Shown here one piece after another: positions 46,497 through 53,997 of a stretch of DNA of 64,000 nt. Location: IMG/VR virus record IMGVR_UViG_3300045988_169015, positions 32,001 to 96,000 of that record; one strand, given 5' to 3'. The first letter of the stretch is position 1, and every line of letters begins with the position of its first letter. This DNA comes from a virus. The translations under genes and the position numbers were made by a program. The notes beneath the pieces are model-generated. The model saw nothing but the letters and a program-made list of their open reading frames with translations. It did no database searches and had not been told where the DNA came from.

Positions 46497-46578
46497 AAAA
46501 TCCTCCTATCAAATGTGAATTTTACTATCTTTTTCATTATTTATAACCTCCATTAAACAATTATTTTGTTTTGCAATT

Positions 46579-46698
46579 AGCATAACAAGATGTTTTCTAC
46601 AAAGGTTTAGATGTATTGGAGGAGAGTGTCCGTGACACCCGCTGATAAGCGGGGTGTAACTGGACTGATCGCCTCCTATAGTACAAAGCTATTATGCT
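46579..46698. ncRNA. array unit U0 (degenerate)
   Basis: Outer stem AGCATAA/TTATGCT, degenerate clamp CTACAAAGGTTTAG, long hairpin GGAGG...CACCCGC-tgataa-GCGGGGTG...CCTCC. Confidence 0.5.
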
Positions 46699-46715
46699 GA
46701 TTGCAGTTATCAAAA

Positions 46716-46837
46716 CCGAGCCTGGCGGCAATTTACTAAAACAGTTTAGATATGAGGGATCTGAAACGTCGGGCACTTGTCAGGTATGAATAGTGCCCGT
46801 CGGTGTAAGATCCCGAAATGCAGTTTGCCAAACTCGG
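46716..46837. ncRNA. array unit U1
   Basis: Outer stem CCGAG/CTCGG, clamp CTAAA-acag-TTTAG (46736-46749), long hairpin GGGATCT..GGGCACT/AGTGCCC..AGATCCC. Confidence 0.6.
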
Positions 46838-46845
46838 TTATGCAG

Positions 46846-46983
46846 CCGGAATATCCATGGTATCGCTAAAGGAATTTAGATATGAACCTTCTGAAAGAAG
46901 AGTCATCGACGCTTCAATCAACGAAGTTGATTGAGGGTCATCGACTCATCTTTCGAAGGTGCAGTGCATATTGGATATCACGG
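46846..46983. ncRNA. array unit U2
   Basis: Outer stem CCGgAATATCCA/TGGATATcaCGG, clamp CTAAA-ggaa-TTTAG (46866-46879), long hairpin ACCTTC..CAATCAAC-gaa-GTTGATTG..GAAGGT. Confidence 0.6.
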
Positions 46984-46991
46984 TTACTGAA

Positions 46992-47128
46992 TTTAATTGA
47001 AGTGCTTATTGTATTGCTGAAAGATTTTTAGATACAATGTCGTGGGTGCATCTTGAAGCTCGCACGTTTGCGAGCGGTTTTGTGATGATTCTCAATGACA
47101 TTATTGCATTTAAGGTGCTGCAATTATT
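46992..47128. ncRNA. array unit U3
   Basis: Outer stem TTAATTG/CAATTA, variant clamp CTGAAAGATTTTTAG (47017-47031), long hairpin AATGTC..GCTCGCA-cgtt-TGCGAGC..GACATT. Confidence 0.55.
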
Positions 47129-47140
47129 TATATATATTTC

Positions 47141-47261
47141 CTGACCGCCGAATTTTCGCTAAAAGCATTTAGATAACATGTATCACGGAGATGAGAAACA
47201 TCCAGCAGTGTGCTGGATGGCTCTCATCTGAGGGATTACATGTTTGCATTAGGACGGACAG
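47141..47261. ncRNA. array unit U4
   Basis: Outer stem CTGaCCGcC/GgaCGGaCAG, clamp CTAAA-agca-TTTAG (47159-47172), long hairpin CATGTA..GAGATGAGA..ATCCAGCA-gtg-TGCTGGAT..TCTCATCT..TACATG. Confidence 0.6.
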
Positions 47262-47279
47262 AAATCAGATCAGCAATTT

Positions 47280-47397
47280 CCGGCAGCAGTTGTTCGCTAA
47301 ATTGATTTAGATAATACCATCTTGTCTGAGGAAAGAGTACTGGGAGTGTCCCAGTACATTTCTTCGGACCAGATGCGTATTTGCATTTTGCCGCCGG
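47280..47397. ncRNA. array unit U5
   Basis: Outer stem CCGGCAGC/GCCGCCGG, clamp CTAAA-ttga-TTTAG (47297-47310), long hairpin CATCT..GTACTGGGA-gtg-TCCCAGTAC..AGATG. Confidence 0.6.
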
Positions 47398-47408
47398 GAA
47401 TTAAGAAA

Positions 47409-47530
47409 TCATAACACCGAATTGTCGCTAAAGTAATTTAGATATAAAGAATCACGACAGCGGCGTGAAGCGATGGGTGACGCATCACGAGCGCCGAGGG
47501 AGGGATTATTGATTGCATTTTGTGTTATGA
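47409..47530. ncRNA. array unit U6
   Basis: Perfect outer stem TCATAACAC/GTGTTATGA, clamp CTAAA-gtaa-TTTAG (47428-47441), GC-rich long hairpin (CGGCG..GCGCCG). Confidence 0.6.
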
Positions 47531-47543
47531 ATTAGGAATTATT

Positions 47544-47672
47544 CGGCTTGTGGAAACATATGCTTACTAAAGATATTTAGATAAGAGGCAGCATAAACGA
47601 TCTCGAACTCTGGAGGTCTCCAGGATGAGAAGATCGTGTTGCTGCGGACTTGAATGTTGTTTCCGCAAGTCG
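47544..47672. ncRNA. array unit U7
   Basis: 15-bp outer stem CGGCTTGTGGAAACA/TGTTTCCGCAAGTCG (two G-T pairs), clamp CTAAA-gata-TTTAG (47567-47580), long hairpin GCAGCA..CTCTGGAG-gt-CTCCAG..TGCTGC. Confidence 0.6.
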
Positions 47673-47680
47673 TTTTGCAG

Positions 47681-47983
47681 TTAGTGATTTGCCGCTATAG
47701 CGTCCAGCTCAGATTGGAATTCGGACACAACATATTCGGCGTCGTAATGCCACTGCTCATCGTTGTTTCTGCAGTCCTCATACATGTCTAATATGTCACG
47801 CCAAAGTTCCTGATTTGCAGTTACCTTTTCCTGCGTCTGAGCGCCATACTCTTCTTCGATAGTCATCGCCATATCTTCTGCGTTGTATTCACTCTTGACG
47901 AATTTATAAACATCGAAAGCATCGTAAGAACTAAGCACTGTGCCGTTGACAACGTATTCGCCATTACTGTTTCGTGTTACCAT
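47681..47983 (-). CDS. hypothetical acidic protein embedded in the array
   Basis: 100-aa ORF between U7 and U8. Its TAA stop is part of a TAACTGCAAAA motif. Confidence 0.55.
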   Translation of the reverse strand: MVTRNSNGEYVVNGTVLSSYDAFDVYKFVKSEYNAEDMAMTIEEEYGAQTQEKVTANQELWRDILDMYEDCRNNDEQWHYDAEYVVSEFQSELDAIAANH

Positions 47984-48016
47984 ATGTATTCCTCCGTTAC
48001 AATTATAATAGTATAA

Positions 48017-48143
48017 CTCTCAGCCGCAGCGATTTACTAAAACCATTTAGATTAAGAGTCCGTGATTTACGAGCATCGTACGGGAGTGATAACTGTCGTC
48101 GATGCTTATAAATCCGGATGATATGCACTTTGCTGACTGAGAG
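48017..48143. ncRNA. array unit U8
   Basis: Outer stem CTCAGcCgcAGC/GCTgaCTGAG, clamp CTAAA-acca-TTTAG (48037-48050), long hairpin TCCG..ATTTA..AGCATCG/CGATGCT..TAAAT..CGGA. Followed by TTTGCAGTTA and T7. Confidence 0.6.
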
Positions 48144-48158
48144 TTTGCAGTTATTTTT

Positions 48159-48989
48159 TTATTCCATATTCGCAAAAGGATCGCTGAGGCTGATGTAGTT
48201 TTCCGCCATAGAAACCTTAAGTGCCTTATAGAAATAGTAGTCGGGTGACTGAATCTCGAGTCTGAGTTTTCTGAGGGCATTCTCTCTGGTGTAAACTTCA
48301 TCGAACCAGTGAAGAATAAATCTTCCGTCAAACATGATATAGTTTTTGAGAGTATAATAAGCGCCAGCCTTCTTGAAGCTGCGAATAAACGCATCAGCAA
48401 GCTCGTGGTTCTTGAAGTATCTGCCGCCCTTCATGCCTGTGCCTTCGGGGATATCAAACGCTCTCTTTGCAATTACCAGTTCAATAGCCTCTGCAATTAC
48501 AGCGAAGTCTGAGTATGACCAAGCGGTATTTATAAGGCTCTGAAGACTGGGCTGGAACTCCTTAGCGAAGTTCATAAATATATCGGCGATGCTATTCACA
48601 TCAAAGAAATGCTTGCGCTCTTCAAATGCAACGGGGTCGTTATCTTTGAGGTGAGCCAGCAGCTTAGCTTCCTTACAGGTATAGAGGATACTGTACTTAT
48701 AGGTATAGAAATTTGCGATTACCTGATTGATACTTGTGGTGACACTCTCCTGTCTCATAAGTCTAATGAACTGAGCGGAGATCCAACGTCTTGTTGTTCT
48801 GGGGTTATAGACTTCGCCGCAGATCGTCTTGCCAAAATACTTACCGTGCGCAGGAATTGAGTTATCATTGTCGGCAGGGATTGGAGTATTAGCCATATCG
48901 AGCATTGACTTTGCCACCAGTTTTGCGAACTCATTCATATCGAGGTTGCTGTTGTTAAGGTTAACGTTGTTCGTGTTGTTGTTAGTCAT
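48159..48989 (-). CDS. hypothetical protein (third gene of the RT operon)
   Basis: 276-aa ORF with an Asn-rich N-terminus. No motif recognised. Confidence 0.55.
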   Translation of the reverse strand: MTNNNTNNVNLNNSNLDMNEFAKLVAKSMLDMANTPIPADNDNSIPAHGKYFGKTICGEVYNPRTTRRWISAQFIRLMRQESVTTSINQVIANFYTYKYSILYTCKEAKLLAHLKDNDPVAFEERKHFFDVNSIADIFMNFAKEFQPSLQSLINTAWSYSDFAVIAEAIELVIAKRAFDIPEGTGMKGGRYFKNHELADAFIRSFKKAGAYYTLKNYIMFDGRFILHWFDEVYTRENALRKLRLEIQSPDYYFYKALKVSMAENYISLSDPFANME

Positions 48990-49032
48990 AATAAATTTCT
49001 CCTTTTAATATGTATGGTTTATGGTTTTCGGG

Positions 49033-49476
49033 TTACTGGATATAGCTGCGATAGATTATGAAACTATCGGTCAGTTTACGGAACCAGCCGGGCGTTTCCC
49101 ATTTAAGGGTACCGTTAAGACTTCCGATTATAATAGCGGCACAAAGCTTTGCGTGCATTACATCTCGGTTATCGTTACGGTAAAAGTCGGTCATGCTCAG
49201 CTCATCGGCAGACAGAGGTTTAAACAGGTAAGTCTTGCGGCTGTTCTCACTGCTCGGTGACGAATGAATAAAGTTCTCGTAAAGAGTTACCAGATCGTCA
49301 TAGCCGGACACAGGAGACCCCAACGAGTCGATAACTTCGCCGCCTATCATATCAGCTACAAGCTTGCCGTTTTCCATTACGACACGCTTATCTATTCTGA
49401 TATTCTTTTTGACCAGATCGAACCTGAGCTTATGCCCCGATTCTGATTTTGCAATTAACGCATCATACAGCGTCAT
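49033..49476 (-). CDS. hypothetical protein translationally coupled to the RT
   Basis: Start at the ATG at 49476, behind a GGAGG that lies inside the RT's last codons. It overlaps the RT stop by 14 nt. Confidence 0.55.
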   Translation of the reverse strand: MTLYDALIAKSESGHKLRFDLVKKNIRIDKRVVMENGKLVADMIGGEVIDSLGSPVSGYDDLVTLYENFIHSSPSSENSRKTYLFKPLSADELSMTDFYRNDNRDVMHAKLCAAIIIGSLNGTLKWETPGWFRKLTDSFIIYRSYIQ

Positions 49477-50842
49477 GTATAACACCTCCTTTTATTTTGT
49501 TTATCTCGCTCAGCCAGAGTTCGTGGTCGGTATGATAGACTTTGTACATATGATTAAGGCTGTACCAACCGGCAGCCCTTACCATATCTATTCCGTCTGC
49601 CACAGTCCTTTTCCTGTTGGCTTTAACGTTTATTCCTTTCTGGAACTGGATCGTGTAATTGGGGTTATTATCTGTAGAACCGAGACCCCAAACCTTATTG
49701 CGACCTGTTATCACTGCTCTTAAACAATCTTTACAATACCTGTCTATCATGTCGATATCATGTTTGCAGTTAACGGTTCCGAACAGATACTGACACATGC
49801 CGAACTGGTTGCTGTTCTCTTCATATGCAAGGAACAGATACCTCTGGAGCCGCCTGCATATCCGCTTGGTCTCCGCTTCGGTAGCCGGTCTTTTGTGTTC
49901 TCTGCTCCACTGTATCGTTTCAGATTTTATATGCTGCTCGATACCTCTGAGAGTTTTTGCAGACACAGTTATCAAGTCGCCACGTATCTTAAAGCCCAGA
50001 AACTCGAACCAGTCTTTATCTGCCTGTAACGCTTTGACCTTTTTGGGATTAAGAGTTACACCCTTTGGTTCGAGCATCTGCTTTATAACTTCGAGGGCGT
50101 GGTCAGCTTCCCTGCCGAGGATTATGATATCGTCAGAATAGCGATAATAGATAACATCCATATTACTTATGGTCTCATCTATATCTCTCAAGCACAGGTC
50201 AGCCAGCAGACAGGCGATAGGATTGCCCTGACTTAGTGATTTATATCTGTATTCGGGTTTTCCGTTTATGATTATAGTATCGTCGTGATAATGTTTAATT
50301 ACTATGTTATCGATACAATCCTTATCGGGAGTTATGATATCGAGTGTTCTGTCAAGCGTTTCACGATTTACGGTATCAAAGAACTTGCTCAGGTCAAGCT
50401 TGTATCCTTTGTACCATTTCTTACGGTTCATCTCACTGACAAGAGCCTTTACGGTCTTGCCGGCTGACAGTCCCCTGCGGTAAGAAACGCAGTTAGGATG
50501 TATCAGGTGGTGAAAATCGTCGTAATACATCTTATAGAATGTATTGCACAGAACTCGGTCAAACGTTTCGAGAACTGCAAGCTTGCGGACTTCTTCAAAG
50601 TTTCGCTTCTCTGCTTCGGCGAATGTCAACCAGTTGTCTGTAAGCTTGTCAATGTACATCTCTACAGGGGCTTTGAACTCGATTTTGCAATTAGCGATAA
50701 GGTCGCCTGCAAGAGCCCACGCTGCATCTTGCGAAAACGTGGACAGCACGCACATATCGAGTCCCTTGCGGTCGATGTGCAAAAGCGCTCTTTCATGCAG
50801 CTCTCGGTCGTTCACAAACCGTTCAAGTTTATTCGGTTTCAT
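49463..50842 (-). CDS. reverse transcriptase (group-II-intron-like/retron-like fingers-palm plus thumb)
   Basis: 459 aa with RT blocks SYRRGLSAGK (2), YKLDLSKFFDTV (3/A), LSQGNPIACLLADLCL (4/B), YYRYSDDIIILG (5/C, YxDD), LNPKKVK (6/D) and FEFLGFKI (7/E). Also has a thumb-like AAGWYSLNHMY. Confidence 0.9.
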   Translation of the reverse strand: MKPNKLERFVNDRELHERALLHIDRKGLDMCVLSTFSQDAAWALAGDLIANCKIEFKAPVEMYIDKLTDNWLTFAEAEKRNFEEVRKLAVLETFDRVLCNTFYKMYYDDFHHLIHPNCVSYRRGLSAGKTVKALVSEMNRKKWYKGYKLDLSKFFDTVNRETLDRTLDIITPDKDCIDNIVIKHYHDDTIIINGKPEYRYKSLSQGNPIACLLADLCLRDIDETISNMDVIYYRYSDDIIILGREADHALEVIKQMLEPKGVTLNPKKVKALQADKDWFEFLGFKIRGDLITVSAKTLRGIEQHIKSETIQWSREHKRPATEAETKRICRRLQRYLFLAYEENSNQFGMCQYLFGTVNCKHDIDMIDRYCKDCLRAVITGRNKVWGLGSTDNNPNYTIQFQKGINVKANRKRTVADGIDMVRAAGWYSLNHMYKVYHTDHELWLSEINKIKGGVIHDAV

Positions 50843-50958
50843 TTATCTCTTCTCCTTTCCGATTATTCTTATTACAGTTATCAGTTCATCGTCATACAGA
50901 TAACATTCGCAGTCATCTCCATGACGGCATGATGTTGTCCCCTTGTCATCATATACAG

Positions 50959-51126
50959 TTATTCTTCTTCCACCTCCCAAGTATCTGTTTCTGCATCGTC
51001 AAGATAGAGATTACAGTTATTATAAAATGATTTCTCTGCCGCTTTCACCGCTGCATCTTTATTTTCAGCTTCGATGTGAAGCGTTGTATATCCAGTTACT
51101 AAAAGTGTTACACTGTACTTCTTCAT
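50959..51126 (-). CDS. small protein (55 aa, below the ORF-track cutoff)
   Basis: ATG at 51126 behind GAGGAGG. Reads MKKYSVTLLVTGYTTLHIEAENKDAAVKAAEKSF... Confidence 0.4.
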   Translation of the reverse strand: MKKYSVTLLVTGYTTLHIEAENKDAAVKAAEKSFYNNCNLYLDDAETDTWEVEEE

Positions 51127-51371
51127 TTATAAGCCTCCTCTACTGTATATGTAACGATGTTACCGTCGGTCAGACTTATTGTTTTCAGATTCTCCCTTTC
51201 GTCGCACGTTTCATCTACGTGTATGTGAAGGTTGTCATATTCCAATAAGTCAAGGCAGTATGCCCTCTGCAGTTCTTCAACTGCGGTATCATAATCATCG
51301 CAGAGCTGAACAAGAAGTATGCCGTCATAAGCACTGCGAATAATTACAGCATAACCTATCTGATTCATCAC
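51123..51371 (-). CDS. hypothetical small protein
   Basis: 82-aa ORF. Confidence 0.4.
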   Translation of the reverse strand: MMNQIGYAVIIRSAYDGILLVQLCDDYDTAVEELQRAYCLDLLEYDNLHIHVDETCDERENLKTISLTDGNIVTYTVEEAYK

Positions 51372-51374
51372 CTA

Positions 51375-51548
51375 TCACTTCTCCTTTATAGATATGATTA
51401 CATTTTTCCTAACCTTGAAATTATCGAAAACGAATAACATCTTTGTTTCCTTTTCAAATTTTCCGGTTAGAATAACGTCGCACGTCACCAGCGGTTTCGT
51501 ATGGACTTTTATTCTTTTGGTTATTTCATATGACTGACCTATGTTCAT
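51375..51548 (-). CDS. small protein (57 aa, below the ORF-track cutoff)
   Basis: ATG at 51548 preceded by TAACTGCAAAAGGAGAACGAGA. Fills the gap between listed ORFs. Confidence 0.4.
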   Translation of the reverse strand: MNIGQSYEITKRIKVHTKPLVTCDVILTGKFEKETKMLFVFDNFKVRKNVIISIKEK

Positions 51549-51567
51549 TCTCGTTCTCCTTTTGCAG

Positions 51568-52143
51568 TTACGGTCTTAATGACCACTTGACTGTTTTGAT
51601 AAATGTTTCCTCAAAATAGTTATCGAGGCCGAAGCGATAGTTATTATAGACTTCTTTCATATCGCTCTTACTGAACCCGGTTTCGTCAAGGATATCTTCT
51701 ATACCGTCGCTGCCGTAAAAACCGCCACAGCTGTATAATGGCCCATCGAATTCATACAAGGTGTACCCGTACACCTCGCCGCTCGCATACTGATTGAGTG
51801 CCTCTATTTCGCCCTGCAAAACTGTTTTCGCAGTTGCAATTGTAGAATCGTCAACCTTTCCGTATTCTTTTTCGATCTCATCATAGGTGACATAGATAAG
51901 ACCGCATATTCCGCTGTCCCATCTGTCGCCAAAATCCGAAAGTGAAAATGTTACTCCGCTATGTACGTAAGCATACACAGGATACTGAACTCTTTTGATA
52001 CCGGAAAGTGCAGTTGTCAGCTCCTGAAATGATTTGTAGTTATGCTTGTCTCCGTAAGCTCTTGTATCTCTTCCAAAGAGAATCAGATGTCCGAGACTGT
52101 CCCATTCTCTCGGTGATTCGCAGTCGTAATCTTTATAAATCAC
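51568..52143 (-). CDS. hypothetical protein
   Basis: 191-aa ORF (CESPREWDSLG...YAYVHSG). Family not identified. Confidence 0.5.
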   Translation of the reverse strand: MIYKDYDCESPREWDSLGHLILFGRDTRAYGDKHNYKSFQELTTALSGIKRVQYPVYAYVHSGVTFSLSDFGDRWDSGICGLIYVTYDEIEKEYGKVDDSTIATAKTVLQGEIEALNQYASGEVYGYTLYEFDGPLYSCGGFYGSDGIEDILDETGFSKSDMKEVYNNYRFGLDNYFEETFIKTVKWSLRP

Positions 52144-52211
52144 AAGAGTGTTTTACCTTTTGTACCTACCATAACAATTTCATTATTGCATACCATATTG
52201 AATGCCTCCTA

Positions 52212-52913
52212 TTACCACCAAGGACAAAATACTGTCTTGCCATTTTCCCATTTTTCCAAAAACTCTTCACTTAAACCACCTGTCTTACATAAGGTCTCTA
52301 TTACCCTCTCGTCTCCACAATAAGAACAATTTTCCGGAAGTGCATCCCAACCCGCATCTGTCAATCCCTTACGCTGATAACAAATCTCTTCAAGATTTAC
52401 AACATAAACCACCTCATACTGCTCCACTATGTATTTACCGTTATATTTTCGTCCGCCACTTTCTGTGAAACTATTTTCGAAAATTACCTCTGCTTTGTAT
52501 GTAGCAGTTTCAACATCCTCTTCCTTTAATTCCACATTACATTTTATTGCAAAGCCATCATCTTGCTGTACAACAGTTGAATTGCCTGTTTTCACTTTAT
52601 AGTCTTTCTTAATGGTTATGTATAGCATATTAACTGTTTGATTATCACAATATTTTACACCACCATATTTAGATGTTATAACCATATCGCTTGTAAGACC
52701 CATAACATCTATAAGTATCTGCTTGATCTCTATATACCATTTCTTTATTTCACCTTTTACTAAATACTCTTTATATGGAAATGCAATATATTCCTCTTCG
52801 TTAAATAAGACCAGTCCATCTTCTTCTCGGGTATAAATCTCATCTTCCGTTAAACTAAAACCCTCTGCTATATCAGGTTTACTTACTTCATATAAATACA
52901 TATCAAGTCCCAT
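52212..52913 (-). CDS. hypothetical protein
   Basis: 233-aa ORF. Confidence 0.5.
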   Translation of the reverse strand: MGLDMYLYEVSKPDIAEGFSLTEDEIYTREEDGLVLFNEEEYIAFPYKEYLVKGEIKKWYIEIKQILIDVMGLTSDMVITSKYGGVKYCDNQTVNMLYITIKKDYKVKTGNSTVVQQDDGFAIKCNVELKEEDVETATYKAEVIFENSFTESGGRKYNGKYIVEQYEVVYVVNLEEICYQRKGLTDAGWDALPENCSYCGDERVIETLCKTGGLSEEFLEKWENGKTVFCPWW

Positions 52914-52933
52914 AGGTATTTTCTCCTTTCAAA

Positions 52934-53293
52934 TTATACAATAGCCCATGTCACACCGTGATAAACATCATTAAGGGTACAGATGGGTACGTAAAGTATT
53001 TCTGCATTATCCCAAGATTTAAGTTCATTTTCTTCGATAACTCTAATTTTTAAACGCAAGTCAAAATAATCGGCTACGTCTCCAACATCATCAGCTTTAC
53101 CCCACCATATCGCTTTGCGAAGTTGATAAGCAGCTGAAAGATATTTTACAATTCCATCACGAAACAATGGATAATTGTCATTGATATTAAATTCACCATC
53201 GTTATTTGTTATCTGTTCTATCAGATACTGTCCGAGACCGTTAAGCTCTCTACCAAAATCATTATCGTGCAGAGTTATTTCAAGATACTTCAT
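52934..53293 (-). CDS. hypothetical protein
   Basis: Start set to the ATG at 53293 (MKYLEI), behind AAAAGGAGGACTGCAA. Confidence 0.45.
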   Translation of the reverse strand: MKYLEITLHDNDFGRELNGLGQYLIEQITNNDGEFNINDNYPLFRDGIVKYLSAAYQLRKAIWWGKADDVGDVADYFDLRLKIRVIEENELKSWDNAEILYVPICTLNDVYHGVTWAIV

Positions 53294-53307
53294 TTGCAGT
53301 CCTCCTT

Positions 53308-53709
53308 TTATGCAGTTCTTATCAGTCCGCCGAACATCGGTGTCACTCCAATGCTTCCCATATCGGAACACCATTCGTCGTCGAGGTTTATAACCATTGC
53401 AATAGGGTAGCCTGCTTTGATATCCTTGTTATCCATTTCCCATTCCTCTTCATACTGACTTACAAACAGCATAGAAAAGCAGCGCCCGAAATGTGTCGGG
53501 GTATAAATGGCGTGATATACAAGTGCATTGTGCTCGGCTTCAAATTTTTCGATTATCTTCTGTTCATCTTCATTTGCCCAGTAGAGAGCACCCATCTGCT
53601 TGCTGACGTTTACTCTCCCCTGCTTTAAGTCTGCGATTGTGTTTTTATGAAGCTTCAGTGCTTTCATTCTTTCGATTGCTTCTGTGAGCTGCTGTTCTTT
53701 TGTTACCAT
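53308..53709 (-). CDS. hypothetical protein
   Basis: Start set to the ATG at 53709 (MVTKEQQ), behind AAGGAGGAA. Confidence 0.45.
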   Translation of the reverse strand: MVTKEQQLTEAIERMKALKLHKNTIADLKQGRVNVSKQMGALYWANEDEQKIIEKFEAEHNALVYHAIYTPTHFGRCFSMLFVSQYEEEWEMDNKDIKAGYPIAMVINLDDEWCSDMGSIGVTPMFGGLIRTA

Positions 53710-53780
53710 AATAATTTCCTCCTTACTCGGTTTCAATAAGATTTACAATGAGCATAATAATCGCAATTACAAAACTCAAA

Positions 53781-53990
53781 TTACCACTCCCTTGATAGTA
53801 CATCTCCATGAGGCATTCTTTTCCTCCTCCTGCAGATATCTTCGGCTATCTCCCGCATAAGCTCATAACTGTAATTCTCGGGACAGCTTTTTATATATTT
53901 GACAGACGACTTACAGATAGAACATCTGCCTTTTGTGTTATAAGCACACTCAGTGCAGATGCCGTTATCAAACCCTGTTTTCGTAGGCAT
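53781..53990 (-). CDS. small Cys-rich protein
   Basis: Start set to the ATG at 53990 (MPTKTGFDNGICTEC...CSIC), behind AAAGGAGTG. Confidence 0.4.
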   Translation of the reverse strand: MPTKTGFDNGICTECAYNTKGRCSICKSSVKYIKSCPENYSYELMREIAEDICRRRKRMPHGDVLSREW

Positions 53991-53997
53991 CACTCCT

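Larger units (their letters stand above)
46571..48153. repeat. tandem array of nine structured modules (U0-U8) sharing a CTAAA-N4-TTTAG clamp
   Basis: Nine units 118-138 nt long. The conserved TTTAG recurs every 130-152 nt across U1-U7. Outer stems and long hairpins are maintained by different sequences in each unit. There are no ORFs except one embedded gene (47681-47983). Confidence 0.85.

Noticed and set aside
46571-48153. CRISPR array
   Set aside because: The conserved parts are short split motifs (CTAAA-N4-TTTAGATA and TTGCAKT) rather than a 25-40-nt identical repeat. The variable parts are self-complementary hairpins enclosed by unit-specific outer stems. The period is about 135 nt, and no cas genes are present.
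46571-48153. Integron cassette array (attC sites)
   Set aside because: No integron integrase (IntI) is present in the window. I could not see R''/R' core sites (RYYYAAC...GTTRRRY) at the unit borders. Eight of the nine units have no cassette ORF between them.
46571-50842. Diversity-generating retroelement (TR/VR pair with RT)
   Set aside because: No two units are near-identical copies differing mainly at A positions. There is no Avd-like small basic protein, and no target gene with a 3' variable repeat was recognised. RT block 4 lacks the DGR-type signature. A computational TR/VR alignment is still needed to exclude it formally.
49033-51126. Group II intron carrying the RT
   Set aside because: The RT ORF abuts the neighbouring ORFs closely on both sides, overlapping the downstream one, which leaves no room for intron domains I-VI. 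No domain V-like hairpin or GUGYG 5' end was seen nearby.
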